Shown here piece by piece: positions 35,924-46,436 of a DNA stretch of 64,000 nucleotides. Under the pieces are notes generated by a model that saw nothing but the letters and a program-made list of their open reading frames with translations, searched no databases and was not told the origin of the DNA. The first letter of the stretch is position 1. Every line of letters begins with the position of its first letter. Position numbers and translations under genes: made by a program. Source of the stretch: Pseudomonadota bacterium (lineage in GTDB: Bacteria > Pseudomonadota > Alphaproteobacteria > Sphingomonadales > SMXR01); assembly GCA_022574255.1 (NCBI GenBank), contig JACZSK010000001.1, forward strand, positions 20,117 to 84,116. The letters are read 5' to 3'.

Positions 35924-38312
35924 ACAAAATATCCTTCTGGACGCCCGCCTCAGCCGGCATTTGACCGTCGCCCGCTGGGTAATGGCGTTTGAGCTTCTCT
36001 GGCCCGCCCTGTGGCCCGCAGTCGCCATCATCGGATTTTATGTCGCTCTATCGCTTTTCGACCCCTGGTCTCGCTTTCCCTATTGGGTTCATTTACTGGC
36101 ACTGACCGGCTGCCTGGGCGGCGGCCTGCTGTTTTCCCGGCGCGCCATAGCGACCTTCAGGTGGCCCAGTAAAAACGCAGTGCGGCGACGACTGGAAAAA
36201 CAGGCGGAACTGGAGCACCGCCCAATGGACATGACGGACGATGAACCAGTTACTGCCTCCGGGACATTGGGCCGCGCGATATGGGCGCTGCACCGTAAAC
36301 GAGCGCTTGAAAGCCTGACAGCCGTCAAGGCGCAGGCCCCGCGCGCCGGCCTGCAATACCGCGATCCCAGGGCCATACGCACCCTGTTGGTGATGGTCTT
36401 GCTGGTGGGGCTGGTGGACGCGGGCAGCGACTGGGGCCGCCGGCTGGAGATTGCTTTCCTGCCGCAGTTTGGAAATTCGGACAGCCCGCTATCGGTGCAG
36501 GCATGGGTGACGCCGCCGGAATATACCGGCCTCTTGCCGCAAACTTTGCTCTCGCGGGAGACGCCGATTCAGAACGGGCCGCAGGAACTGCCCGATCTGG
36601 TTGTGCCTGAGGGCAGCATATTATCGGCTCGCGTGGAAGGGAGCTGGCGCAGGCCGGTTCTGACATTTGCCGGTGCGCGTCAAAAATTCGAGAAGAAAGG
36701 CGCTTTTTACGAGATTGAGCAAACCATCGGGAAGAGCGGCGATCTGGAGATTCGCGCCGGGTCTGGGCTGCGCGCGCGCTGGCATGTGACCGCCCTCGCC
36801 GATCAACCGCCACAGGTTTTTTTCCGCAAAGACCCCGCGCCCACCGCTCGCAAAGCCCTGCGCGTGGATTATGTCCTGCGGGACGATTACGGCGTCACTG
36901 CTGTTACGCTTGAAATCCGCTTGGCCGGAGCCACGGCGGACCAACCGGACGAGATCGAAACACTGGATTTGGAACTGGCTGGCGCGGAAACGCGAAACGA
37001 GCCTGTCCGAAGAACCTTCTTTTCCGACCTGACGCCACATCCTTGGGCCGGACTGGCGGTCGAGGGGCGCTTGCTGGTCCACGACGCCATCGGCCAGCAG
37101 GGCAGCAGCCCATGGGCGCCTTTCACCCTGCCCGAGCGAATCTTTACTCACCCGGTCGCTAAAAATCTGAATTACATTCGCAAGGGCCTGTTTGCCAACC
37201 CGGAACGCCGGGAAAGCGCCGCGCGACGCCTGGATATCCAGGCGAGAAACCGCGCTGAATTTCAGCATGACCTGGCGATTTTTTCGGCGCTGCGATTTGC
37301 CACGGTGCGCCTCACACGGGCCAGCGACGCGGAAAGCCTGCGGGAAGTCACTGACCTGTTGTGGGACGCCGCCCTGCATCTTGAGGACGGAAAAACTTCG
37401 GCTGCGGAACGCGCGCTCAGGGACGCATTCAGTGAAGCTGCGCGCATGCTGGAGAATTCGGTCGGGTCCGAGGATTTTGATGCGCTGACCGAGCAGATCG
37501 CGCGATTGATGCAGGAGTACCTGTCGAAAGCGCTATCCGGCGCGGAGCCGCCCAATGAGATGGAAATGGGGAAGATGCGGGCAATTGACGCCCGGTCATT
37601 GGATGCCCTGCTCAAGCAAATCCGCGACCTGGCGGCGGCGGGGAAAACCGCGGAAGCGCTGGAATTGCTCAATGCCTTGCGGGGCATGATGGAAAATATA
37701 TCGCCGGCGCCAATGTCTGCTGAAGAATACCGTAGATTAATGGAAGGCGCGCAGGCGATGAACGAGCTGGAAAATATCCGCCGCCAGCAGGCCCGCCTGA
37801 AGGACCGTATAGCAAGGCAAAGTTTGCTCCAGGCGCTGAGGGAACGCCTCGGAGACGCCAATGCCGATCTGTCTGCGCAGGCACAGGAACAGGGCGAGAT
37901 CGGGAGCGCGCTCGGGCAAGCTCTTGAAAACCTCCGCGCCGCGGGAATTCAGGCGCCATCTGCCTTGAACGAGGCGGCGACCAGCATGTCCAGGGCCGAG
38001 GGCCACCTGGGAGAGAACGACGCGCCGCCTGCACTTGCCGCCCAGGAAAAAGCGCTGGAGGCTTTGGCCGAGGGAATCGGTGAGCTTGATCGGCAATTAT
38101 CCAAAAGCCTTGCCGGGATGCGGGCGGGCGCTGCGGGAACAGACCCGTTGGGGCGCCCCTCCGGACTGGATACAGGGGATATTCCACTCCCCCGGGAATC
38201 CGATATGGAGGCCGCGCAAAGGATTCTGCAGGAATTACGCGAACGCCTCAGCCGAACTGACCGTCCTGAAATCGAGTTGGACTATATCCGCCGGCTGTTG
38301 CGGCGGTTTTAG
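35901..38312 (+). CDS. TIGR02302/DUF4175 family large membrane protein
   Basis: 803 aa, GTG start (or a later Met). N-terminal TM helices, then a long helical C-terminal part (LLNALRGMMENI...RILQELRERL) as in the alphaproteobacterial DUF4175 family. Confidence 0.7.
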   Translation: MKDIRRTEQNILLDARLSRHLTVARWVMAFELLWPALWPAVAIIGFYVALSLFDPWSRFPYWVHLLALTGCLGGGLLFSRRAIATFRWPSKNAVRRRLEKQAELEHRPMDMTDDEPVTASGTLGRAIWALHRKRALESLTAVKAQAPRAGLQYRDPRAIRTLLVMVLLVGLVDAGSDWGRRLEIAFLPQFGNSDSPLSVQAWVTPPEYTGLLPQTLLSRETPIQNGPQELPDLVVPEGSILSARVEGSWRRPVLTFAGARQKFEKKGAFYEIEQTIGKSGDLEIRAGSGLRARWHVTALADQPPQVFFRKDPAPTARKALRVDYVLRDDYGVTAVTLEIRLAGATADQPDEIETLDLELAGAETRNEPVRRTFFSDLTPHPWAGLAVEGRLLVHDAIGQQGSSPWAPFTLPERIFTHPVAKNLNYIRKGLFANPERRESAARRLDIQARNRAEFQHDLAIFSALRFATVRLTRASDAESLREVTDLLWDAALHLEDGKTSAAERALRDAFSEAARMLENSVGSEDFDALTEQIARLMQEYLSKALSGAEPPNEMEMGKMRAIDARSLDALLKQIRDLAAAGKTAEALELLNALRGMMENISPAPMSAEEYRRLMEGAQAMNELENIRRQQARLKDRIARQSLLQALRERLGDANADLSAQAQEQGEIGSALGQALENLRAAGIQAPSALNEAATSMSRAEGHLGENDAPPALAAQEKALEALAEGIGELDRQLSKSLAGMRAGAAGTDPLGRPSGLDTGDIPLPRESDMEAAQRILQELRERLSRTDRPEIELDYIRRLLRRF

Positions 38313-38677
38313 GTGATTTTTCGGGCGAGAGTCCTGTCCACCAGTTCCGTAATCTGCTCGATGGTAAAGGGCTTGCTGATAATCCCCGCGATCAGGCTAT
38401 CCAGATTATGGGCACGCTGCTCTTCGGTCGCATACCCTGTCATCAGCAACACCTGCAGGTTCGGGCGCTTCGCCGTAACATTCAGCGCCAGCGCTATGCC
38501 ATCCATCACAGGCATCCGGATATCGGTGAGCAACAAATCAAAATCTTCCTGCAGAGCCAAATTCAGGGCCGCCCCGCCGTCGGGCGCGGTCGAGACCTCG
38601 TGCCCGCTCAGCTCCAAAGCCCGGGAGACAAAGCTGCGCACGCTATCTTCGTCGTCAGCTACAAGAATTCGCGCCAT
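38309..38677 (-). CDS. cpdR: single-domain response regulator (CpdR-like)
   Basis: ATG at 38677. MARILVADDEDSVRSFVSRALELSGHEV...FDLLLTDIRMPVMDGIAL receiver domain, 122 aa. Confidence 0.8.
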   Translation of the reverse strand: MARILVADDEDSVRSFVSRALELSGHEVSTAPDGGAALNLALQEDFDLLLTDIRMPVMDGIALALNVTAKRPNLQVLLMTGYATEEQRAHNLDSLIAGIISKPFTIEQITELVDRTLARKIT

Positions 38678-38687
38678 GGGGATCTCG

Positions 38688-39851
38688 TCAATCGCTGCTG
38701 TTGGAGTTTGGCGAGGTCTCGCCGGGCCATTCGGGAAGGAGTTCGAATTCGGCGGTTTCCGGCGGGATATCTTCGGCAACGGTGGAAAAGCTGCGCTCTT
38801 CCCCTGGCGGCAGGGTCGCCGGCTCAACAGTAAAAGTCCAGCTGCGGATTTCCTCTTTGGCCGCATTCCGCAGGATTCCCCTCATATTCGGGATATCCAC
38901 GGCGAAAGTCCCATTGTTTTTTGCTTTTCCGGAAATAATCAAATTGATTTGGCCTTCAACAATTTCGGTCTCGACGCCGTGGGTGAATTCAACAAATGTG
39001 CTCGGATTCGGTAACGGTGCGGCAACTTCTTCCTGCTTGACCTCGATTTCCATGCCCAATGCCGCATATAAATTCTCTGACGGAGGCCATGCTTCCATCA
39101 GGTTTTCCTGCTTGAAGGAAATTATCCACAGCGTTGTCAGGATGAAAAAAATCAATCCGATCCAACCGCCAGCAACAAGCGCCGAGGAATCCTTCTTGAC
39201 GACAGGAACATTGCTGCGCAGGGATTTTGACTTTATTCGCCTGGAGCGCTGCGCAAAAATATCGTCCTCTTCGTCCTCCTGCGCGGCCTCTTCAACAGGC
39301 TCCGATTCATCGCCCTGGTCTTCCGATTTCTCCGATTTCTCCTCCGCAGCGCCGGTATCTTCGGGTTCAGGTTCAGGTTCCGGTTCGGCATCAGCCCCAT
39401 CTCCGGACTTATCTTCAGACTCTTTTTCGGCGGCCGGCGTATCGGTGTCGGCAGATTCCTCTTCGGCAAACTCATCTGGTTTTTCGGATTCCGCCGGCTC
39501 TCCTTCGCTGTCGCCGGGAACCTCCTCTACATCGGTTTCCGGGGTTTCCGGCGGGTTTTCTTCGGCAGCTTCTTCCTCTTCCGCAGAGTCCGGCGTGGCC
39601 TCCTCTTCTGGCTCCTTTGCTTCCGGCTCTGGCTCTGGCGCAGCCTCGGGCGGCGCCTCTGACGTCTCATCTTCGGCGGCCTGATCGGCGCTTTTGTCTA
39701 CAAATTCGGGGACTATTTCAAGGCTCTCATCCGGCGGACCTGCAAACCAGTCATGGCGGCAATTTGCACAGCGCACACGCCGCCCCACGGGGCCAATGGC
39801 CGCCGGGGGCACTACAAATCGTGTTTCGCAATTTGGGCAGGAGAGAATCAT
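38688..39851 (-). CDS. MJ0042-type zinc-ribbon protein with an acidic low-complexity linker, TM helix and DUF3426-like C-terminus
   Basis: MILSCPNCETRFVVPPAAIGPVGRRVRCANCRHDWF zinc ribbon, an E/P/D/A-rich region of about 190 aa, and TM WIGLIFFILTTLWII. Confidence 0.75.
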   Translation of the reverse strand: MILSCPNCETRFVVPPAAIGPVGRRVRCANCRHDWFAGPPDESLEIVPEFVDKSADQAAEDETSEAPPEAAPEPEPEAKEPEEEATPDSAEEEEAAEENPPETPETDVEEVPGDSEGEPAESEKPDEFAEEESADTDTPAAEKESEDKSGDGADAEPEPEPEPEDTGAAEEKSEKSEDQGDESEPVEEAAQEDEEDDIFAQRSRRIKSKSLRSNVPVVKKDSSALVAGGWIGLIFFILTTLWIISFKQENLMEAWPPSENLYAALGMEIEVKQEEVAAPLPNPSTFVEFTHGVETEIVEGQINLIISGKAKNNGTFAVDIPNMRGILRNAAKEEIRSWTFTVEPATLPPGEERSFSTVAEDIPPETAEFELLPEWPGETSPNSNSSD

Positions 39852-40074
39852 TGTCTTGCCAAATATACACCGGATTTCCTGTTGGCCCGAGAAGACCGCC
39901 TTCGTAAGAAAAAGTCCAGTGCTTTGACCTTCAACGAAGTGCTACACAGACTGCGCGCAGAAATCGCGCATGCTGCGGAATTTATCAATCTGGACGGCAG
40001 GATTCGCGCGGTGTAATTCTATTATATCCGGTACACTGCACGCGCCGGGCGGGACAATCAGGGAGTAGATCGGC

Positions 40075-40782
40075 TTGGTCAGGTTCGAAAATGTGGGAAT
40101 GCGCTACGGCCACGGTTCGGAAGTGCTTCAGGATATCAGCTTCGAGTTGGAGCGTGGTTCCTTTCACTTTTTGACCGGCCCCAGCGGCGCCGGAAAATCA
40201 TCCCTGCTCAAGCTGCTGTATCTGGCGCGGCGCCCGTCACGCGGCCTGATTACATTATTCGGGCAGGATATCTCCACAGCCAAGAGATCCGAACTGTCGG
40301 CATTGCGGCGTCGCATCGGCGTGGTATTCCAGGATTTCCGCCTGTTTGAGCATATGACGGCAGTGGAGAACGCGGCGCTTCCGCTGATAATAGCCGGCGG
40401 CGAGCCCGACAAGATTCGCGACCATGTGGAAGAGCTTCTGTGCTGGGTCGGGCTTGAGGGCCGCATGGACGCCCGCCCATCGACGCTGTCGGGTGGCGAG
40501 AAACAGCGGCTGGCAATTGCCCGCGCGGTGATAAACCGGCCCGACCTGTTGCTGGCCGATGAGCCGACCGGTAACGTCGACCCCGAAATGGGCCAGCGGC
40601 TTATTCATCTGTTCCTGGAATTGAACAAGCTGGGCACCACCACCGTGATCGCCACCCATGACACATCAATTGTGACCAGCGTTAAAGTACCCGAACTTCG
40701 GCTGCATAACGGCGCCCTTGAAATAATCGGCGGCGGCATGGCCAGTTCGCAGGCGCCGAACCAAAATGAGCGGCAGTCATGA
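40075..40782 (+). CDS. ftsE: cell division ATP-binding protein FtsE
   Basis: 235 aa, TTG start, Walker [10 protein letters not shown], signature [14 protein letters not shown]. Confidence 0.9.
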   Translation: MVRFENVGMRYGHGSEVLQDISFELERGSFHFLTGPSGAGKSSLLKLLYLARRPSRGLITLFGQDISTAKRSELSALRRRIGVVFQDFRLFEHMTAVENAALPLIIAGGEPDKIRDHVEELLCWVGLEGRMDARPSTLSGGEKQRLAIARAVINRPDLLLADEPTGNVDPEMGQRLIHLFLELNKLGTTTVIATHDTSIVTSVKVPELRLHNGALEIIGGGMASSQAPNQNERQS

Positions 40783-41660
40783 GTTTCGAGCCTAAACTGC
40801 GCTTCCTGCCAGAGGGCAAGGAGGGTGGGGGTATTTTGCCCTGGGTGATCGCGGTAATGGTTTATCTCTGCACCATGGCCACCGCCTCCGGGTTGGGAAT
40901 CTATAACGCGGCGCAGGATTGGTCGGCGGACCTGAATAACAGCGCCACCGTCCAGATCGTCCAGGCTGACCGGGATCAGCGGCAGCAACAGGCTCAGGCG
41001 GCTTTGGCGTTATTGCAGGCAACACCGGGCGTCGCGTCCGCGGAATTATTGTCTGATGACGACTTACGCAGCCTGCTGGAGCCGTGGCTGGGAACAGGAA
41101 ACGTCAGTGACGACCTGCCTGTGCCAGCGCTGATCAAGGTGGACCTGCTGCAGGGCGTACGGCTTGATCTTGATGCGCTTAGCGCCCAACTGGCGGAGGT
41201 GGCCCCCGATGCCAGGCTGGACGACCACCAGCAATGGATCGGCGAATTGTCGAGAACCGCGGGAGCCATAGCCGCCGCCGCAATACTGGCTGTTCTGCTG
41301 ATCGTTTTTGCGACCACCGCCATTGTGGTGTTTGGTGCCCAGGCCCGGCTGGCGTCGCACCGCGATAATATTGAGATCATCCATTTAATGGGCGCGGAAG
41401 ACGATGTGATCGCCCAGGAGTTTCGCTACCGGTTCATGTATTACGGCGTTCGCGGCGGCTCTATCGGCTTCTTCCTGGCCGCTGCATCGCTGCTGGCGAT
41501 TTATAAACTGGCCAGCGGCATCGAAGGGGGGCTTGTTCAGGAGATGTCCCTGACCCTGACCCAGACCGCAGGCATGCTCACCATCCCGCTGATTACGGCG
41601 CTGATTTCCCGCCAGACGGCGGGGATGACCGTGATGCGGGCTCTGGCCAGAATAATGTAG
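40779..41660 (+). CDS. ftsX: cell division permease-like protein FtsX
   Basis: 293 aa, coupled to ftsE, four TM segments with a periplasmic loop. Confidence 0.85.
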   Translation: MSFEPKLRFLPEGKEGGGILPWVIAVMVYLCTMATASGLGIYNAAQDWSADLNNSATVQIVQADRDQRQQQAQAALALLQATPGVASAELLSDDDLRSLLEPWLGTGNVSDDLPVPALIKVDLLQGVRLDLDALSAQLAEVAPDARLDDHQQWIGELSRTAGAIAAAAILAVLLIVFATTAIVVFGAQARLASHRDNIEIIHLMGAEDDVIAQEFRYRFMYYGVRGGSIGFFLAAASLLAIYKLASGIEGGLVQEMSLTLTQTAGMLTIPLITALISRQTAGMTVMRALARIM

Positions 41661-41667
41661 CAACCAA

Positions 41668-42258
41668 ATGGAAACGCCTGAAAAATACCAATCAATCGTC
41701 ATGCTGCGGGTAACGCAGGTTGTGATCGCGGCCGGCATTTTTTGGCTGGCCGGGTTTGGCTGGTTCCTGGCGACACTTCCGGAATCGGGCCAATCGGATG
41801 AGGGCCTCAGCGTCGACGGAATTGTCGTGTTGACCGGCAGTCCGGGCCGCGTGCAGGCCGGCCTTGATTACCTGGCTTGGGGCAAGGGCCGGCGTCTGCT
41901 GATATCAGGCGTTAATCGTGAACTGGCCAGAGAGACCATATTGAACGCATTCGGTGGGGCTGCGTTGGAACAAGCCTGTTGCATTGATCTCGGCCGCAAT
42001 GCTCGCGACACTCATGGCAATGCCATTGAGGCGGCAGAATGGGCGGGGCAACACGGATTCCGCAGTTTGCTTATCGTGACGGCAGATTATCATCTGCCGC
42101 GCGCCCTGCTCGAATTGGGGAGAGAAATGGAAAACGTCACGCTCTTTGTGCTTGCCGTGGACAGCCACGCTCCGGTTTTGTCCATGGCCTCGGAATTTAA
42201 CAAATATCTTTTCAGCATTGCCCGCGATTACGTGGGCCCTGCAGATACCAGGGATTAA
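41668..42258 (+). CDS. YdcF/ElyC (DUF218) family protein
   Basis: 196 aa with IVVLTGSPGRV...LLISGV...TADYHLPRA motifs. Confidence 0.75.
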   Translation: METPEKYQSIVMLRVTQVVIAAGIFWLAGFGWFLATLPESGQSDEGLSVDGIVVLTGSPGRVQAGLDYLAWGKGRRLLISGVNRELARETILNAFGGAALEQACCIDLGRNARDTHGNAIEAAEWAGQHGFRSLLIVTADYHLPRALLELGREMENVTLFVLAVDSHAPVLSMASEFNKYLFSIARDYVGPADTRD

Positions 42259-42264
42259 TTCGCC

Positions 42265-42984
42265 GTGCTCCTTTTGCGCTCAATATTATTCAATACAGCT
42301 TTTTATGCCTGGACCATCGCCTGGACATTGCTGATGCCCATAGCGTTTTTGCTGCCCCGGCGACAGGCCACCTTCGTGCAGGTTAACTGGTCGCGCGGCA
42401 TTGCGCCCATTTTGCGTATAACCGCGAAAATAAAGACCGAGATTCATGGTCTGGAGGATGTCCCGGAAGGCGCGGCCATAGTGGCTTGCAAGCATCAGTC
42501 GGTTTGGGAGACCACAATATTCCAGGGCTTGTTTGATCAACCAGCCATCGTCCTGAAGCGTGAGTTGATGTGGATTCCCGTATTCGGCTGGTACATCATT
42601 AAAATGGGCATGATACCGGTCGATAGAAAGCGTGGGACAAGCGCGCTGCGCCTGATGCTGCGCAAAGCTGAAGACGCCAAACGTGATGGCCGGAAGATTA
42701 TCATTTTCCCTGAAGGCACAAGGGCCAATGCAGATTCCAAGACCACCTATCGCTCGGGCATTTTTGGCATGTACAGCCGCATGGGACTGCCGGTTATTCC
42801 CGTGGCGCTGAACGCCGGAGACCATTGGGGGCAAGAAACCTTTTATCGATATCCCGGAACCATCCGGCTGGTGTTCCTCGAGCCCATTGAACCCGGATTG
42901 CCGCGCGCTGAATTCATGGCCCGCCTGCAATCGTCTATCGATTCCGCATCCACGCGTCTTTCCAGCACGGCCCGCGGCGAATAA
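42265..42984 (+). CDS. plsC: 1-acyl-sn-glycerol-3-phosphate acyltransferase
   Basis: 239 aa with the HQSVWET (HX4D-type) block and IFPEGTR block. Confidence 0.85.
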   Translation: MLLLRSILFNTAFYAWTIAWTLLMPIAFLLPRRQATFVQVNWSRGIAPILRITAKIKTEIHGLEDVPEGAAIVACKHQSVWETTIFQGLFDQPAIVLKRELMWIPVFGWYIIKMGMIPVDRKRGTSALRLMLRKAEDAKRDGRKIIIFPEGTRANADSKTTYRSGIFGMYSRMGLPVIPVALNAGDHWGQETFYRYPGTIRLVFLEPIEPGLPRAEFMARLQSSIDSASTRLSSTARGE

Positions 42985-43016
42985 CAGAAACGGCTCAAGG
43001 CAGCCCTGACGGCTTA

Positions 43017-44078
43017 TTGATGATGCGACTGAAACCTCTGATCCTAATTCTGATTGCAGCGTTCGCGGCTTACGCGGGTTATTGGTATTATCTGGCCTAT
43101 CATGCGGAAGACCGGGTCCGGGAAATGGCGAATGACCTGGCGCGCAGCGGGCTGGAATTCGATTACCAGGAGCTGGATATCTCCGGTTTCCCCTACCGGC
43201 TGGTCCTGGATTTCAAGAATGTCGGGATCGCTTACAGCGACGGCCCGCTGAGGCTGGACTGGTCAGGGCCATCGCTGCAAGCCATTTTCCAACCTTGGCG
43301 GCCCGGCCATGCCGTCCTCTTCGCATCGGATTCCCTGATCAGTCTTTCTTACCGCACAGACAAGACAAGCGCCGTTACAATTGAGCCCCGGTTGCTGAGT
43401 GCCAGCCTGAGACCAGACAACGGAAGCGGTGAGCGCTATTCGCTGATTCTTGAAGACTCGCGCATCCAGGCTATTTCCGGCTCCGCCGGCGAGATTTTTG
43501 CCAGGCGCGCCGAAATACATTTCCGCTCCCGGCGGCTGCACTCCGTAGGCGCGACAGTTTCGGGCCTGGTGGAGCCTGTCCTTGCCGATATTTCCTTCTC
43601 GGTCAGCGGATTTGCTCCGGGCGACGGCCGCAGCCAAGGCCAAGGGCAAGAAGACACGGCGCCCATGAACGAGATTTCAGTCGAACTGCAGCCGCGCGGG
43701 CGATTCTTCCCGCGGTTAACAGCCTATTCGCTTGCCGCCTGGCGGGATGCAGGCAGTACCATCGATATTGGTAAAATATCGGCGCGTTGGGGCGACACGA
43801 GCGTGGAAGGCGACGGCAGCGTAACCCTGGACAGCGAATTGCAGCCGCTGGGCGCCATATCGCTGAGGACCTCTGATCCGGAGAGCCTGCTGCAAAATAT
43901 GGAAGAGGCGGGATGGATCAAATCGGCGGATCGGCAGGAAGCAGCAGAGACCATTCGGCTGTTCCGCGACCTCGCGGCGCCCGGCGCGCCCGTGGCGCTG
44001 GCTATATCGCTGCAGGGCGGCGCGGTTACGATGGGGCCAATCATCCTCGCCGAACTTGGTCCCCTGGTGCCGCGCTAA
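43017..44078 (+). CDS. DUF2125-like membrane-anchored protein
   Basis: 353 aa with N-terminal anchor LILILIAAFAAYAGYWYYL. The family call is from memory. Confidence 0.55.
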   Translation: MMMRLKPLILILIAAFAAYAGYWYYLAYHAEDRVREMANDLARSGLEFDYQELDISGFPYRLVLDFKNVGIAYSDGPLRLDWSGPSLQAIFQPWRPGHAVLFASDSLISLSYRTDKTSAVTIEPRLLSASLRPDNGSGERYSLILEDSRIQAISGSAGEIFARRAEIHFRSRRLHSVGATVSGLVEPVLADISFSVSGFAPGDGRSQGQGQEDTAPMNEISVELQPRGRFFPRLTAYSLAAWRDAGSTIDIGKISARWGDTSVEGDGSVTLDSELQPLGAISLRTSDPESLLQNMEEAGWIKSADRQEAAETIRLFRDLAAPGAPVALAISLQGGAVTMGPIILAELGPLVPR

Positions 44079-44088
44079 TGGTCGAAAA

Positions 44089-44841
44089 TTACGCGGTGGG
44101 CGCCGGCCGCACCGCCGCCAGAGGCGCCGCAGGCTTGGCGATGGCCTCGCCGGACAACAATTGCTTTTCGGCCCGCTGGACCAAAACGCCCGCGAATTTC
44201 GGCCACAACCTGCGTCCCATCGCCTCGGCGAGACCGAACAAGCGCTGTGTCTGCTGCCCTTCAAAAGGCGGGCTGTAAAGTGCCGAACGGAAGCTGCACA
44301 GGCGAAAGCCGCTGGTGCCCAGGATTCGGGCCAGCTGTCGGCGGGTAAAAGGCTGGCCATAGCCAAAGGGCGTGTGATCCGAACGCGACCAGGCTCCACG
44401 CCTGTTCGGCACAACAATAATGGCCTTGCCGGAGGGCACCAGGATGCGCCAGATCTCACTGAGAAATTCTCCCGGGTCCGGAGAAAATTCCAGGCCATGG
44501 ATGACAAGAACGGCATCGAAGCTGCTGTCAGGCAGTGGTAATCGGGCCAGGTCGACGAGCGCGGCAGAGTTTGGTGCAGAAGCAGGCCAGCGCCGCACGC
44601 CCATCGCCGCAGGCATGAATGCAAGCCCGCTGCGCGCCTTGCCCGCCAAGGGCTCGAGATAAGGAAACCCGTAGCCGCAACAGAGGATGTTCTGGCTGGC
44701 GGTGTTGTCCAACAGGTTATTCACGACATCGCCGAGGAGATGCCTGGTTCGCTGTCCCAGGGGACGGGAATAAAAATCGTCTATAAAACTGAGGTCGGCC
44801 TGTATCACGTTCCGCCTGTATCGGGAATCTCGGCAAGCCAT
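44089..44841 (-). CDS. class I SAM-dependent methyltransferase
   Basis: 250 aa. ILCCGYGFPY and FDAVLVIHGLEF...EIWRILVPSGKAIIVVPN are Methyltransf_11-like. The start is uncertain because it overlaps the upstream gene. Confidence 0.7.
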   Translation of the reverse strand: MACRDSRYRRNVIQADLSFIDDFYSRPLGQRTRHLLGDVVNNLLDNTASQNILCCGYGFPYLEPLAGKARSGLAFMPAAMGVRRWPASAPNSAALVDLARLPLPDSSFDAVLVIHGLEFSPDPGEFLSEIWRILVPSGKAIIVVPNRRGAWSRSDHTPFGYGQPFTRRQLARILGTSGFRLCSFRSALYSPPFEGQQTQRLFGLAEAMGRRLWPKFAGVLVQRAEKQLLSGEAIAKPAAPLAAVRPAPTA

Positions 44842-45452
44842 GCCAGCAGACCGGCGGTTGCCTGGTCAAGGGCATTATTGAACGCTTCGATAATCGCTTC
44901 CGCCCCCCGGCCGCGCGCCTCGGCGCTGGCCTCGAACTGCTTCCGCCCAACGATTTCTGCGGGCGCAGACCGAAGGACGAGAGAGCCAAAGCGCACATTG
45001 ACTACGGCACGGCCTCCGCCGCTTACATCGGCAGAGAAATCACGAATATCGATTTTTAGCCGGTAGTCGCCGGCGATTTCCACAGTCCCGGCGCCAACAA
45101 CGGTGGCCAGACCAGAATTTTCGATGCTCTCTTCAAAATAACGCCCCAAAAGTTGGGCTGTTCTGTCGCTCCAGCGGGCGCCCGCCAGATATTCGAGCCG
45201 GCGCTGGCCAAGCCGCACAGCGACCTGGTCGCTACTCAGGGCGCCCGAAACCGACGGCTCCTCGATAAACAATATCCAGTTTCGCCTCGTCAGGCCTGGC
45301 CCGTCATAGGCGCGCAGCTCGTAAAGGGCTGGAGCCTCACCACCTCCCGGCAGATCGATTATCGAACTGCAGCCGGCTAGCAGCAGGGCGGGGATAAGCG
45401 CCAGAACCGGGGTGGAAAACCAAGGTCTGAACAATTTCTTAGTGCGGGTCAT
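44805..45452 (-). CDS. ABC-type transport auxiliary lipoprotein (PqiC/DUF330-like)
   Basis: 215 aa, lipobox LLAGCSS, located downstream of the MlaD-like gene. Confidence 0.7.
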   Translation of the reverse strand: MTRTKKLFRPWFSTPVLALIPALLLAGCSSIIDLPGGGEAPALYELRAYDGPGLTRRNWILFIEEPSVSGALSSDQVAVRLGQRRLEYLAGARWSDRTAQLLGRYFEESIENSGLATVVGAGTVEIAGDYRLKIDIRDFSADVSGGGRAVVNVRFGSLVLRSAPAEIVGRKQFEASAEARGRGAEAIIEAFNNALDQATAGLLAWLAEIPDTGGT

Positions 45453-45459
45453 GGTTCAC

Positions 45460-46404
45460 TCATTCGGTTTTATATTCCGGTCGCGGAGTCCCAAAAATGA
45501 GCTCCGAAGGATTCGCTTCCAATTTTTCCGCCAGCTGGGAAACGGCAATTGCCAGGCGCCGCATATCAACCACAAGCCTGGATATTTCGGGCAGGGTTCC
45601 GCTGGCAAAAGCCGTCACCGCCGCCCGATTATCGCCAACAACGCCATCAAGATTTTCGGCAAGGCTGTTCGCGGTTGTCAGCAGGTCTCGAAGACCACCC
45701 ATGGCGACTTTGACATCGTCGGCCAGCAACTCGCTGGTCTTCGAGGCCACGCGCTCCGCCGCAACGGCGGCGCGGCGCAAATCAACGAGGGCAAATTGCA
45801 GATCAGAGAAAATCCGTTCGAAATTCCCGGATTGCGCGGCGAGCGCACCGCTCAGGTTCTCGGCGTTTTCCAGGACCGCGGCGATGTTTGCCAGATTCTC
45901 GTCACCCAGCAGCTTGTTCAAACGGCCGACGGTGATGATGGCTTCGTTAATCAGGTCCGGCCCGCCCACGAAAAGCTCCTGTATGGGTGATACGCGGGAC
46001 GCGATAACGGCGCGCTCCTCTTCATCTCCGGGCAACAGATGCTCGCTGTCCGGGCTGCCCCCCTCTATCTGCACAATGAGAACGCCGGTCAGCCCCTGCA
46101 TCGACAACACGGCCACGCTGTCCACAAGAATGGGAACATCGCTATCGATCCTGATATGAACCAGAACCTTGCTCGGGTCATCGGGGGCGATGCTGATTGA
46201 CAGCACTTTGCCCACGGGAATGCCGTTATATTGCACATTGCTGGCTTTCAGCAAGCCGGCTACGGATTCCTCAAAATAGATATCGTACTCAACATATTCC
46301 CGGTCGATATCTACTTTCGCCAGCCAGATCAGAAACGCGAACAGGAATCCGATCATGACTACGACGAATCCTCCGATCAGCAGATGATGGGCTCTTGTCT
46401 CCAC
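45460..46404 (-). CDS. MlaD/MCE family substrate-binding protein
   Basis: 314 aa with an N-terminal TM, MCE domain (VQYNGIPVGKVLSI) and a helical C-terminus. Confidence 0.85.
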   Translation of the reverse strand: METRAHHLLIGGFVVVMIGFLFAFLIWLAKVDIDREYVEYDIYFEESVAGLLKASNVQYNGIPVGKVLSISIAPDDPSKVLVHIRIDSDVPILVDSVAVLSMQGLTGVLIVQIEGGSPDSEHLLPGDEEERAVIASRVSPIQELFVGGPDLINEAIITVGRLNKLLGDENLANIAAVLENAENLSGALAAQSGNFERIFSDLQFALVDLRRAAVAAERVASKTSELLADDVKVAMGGLRDLLTTANSLAENLDGVVGDNRAAVTAFASGTLPEISRLVVDMRRLAIAVSQLAEKLEANPSELIFGTPRPEYKTE

Positions 46405-46436
46405 CTGTATTCCTCTCTGGCCATTCCAGGCCCGGC

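Noticed and set aside
39227-39700. Repetitive GAA/GAG/CCG-rich DNA looked like a tandem repeat array.
   Set aside because: It is the acidic E/P/D/A low-complexity linker of the zinc-ribbon protein and is in frame throughout. It is not a spacer-repeat structure, and no CRISPR-like regular repeats exist anywhere in the window.
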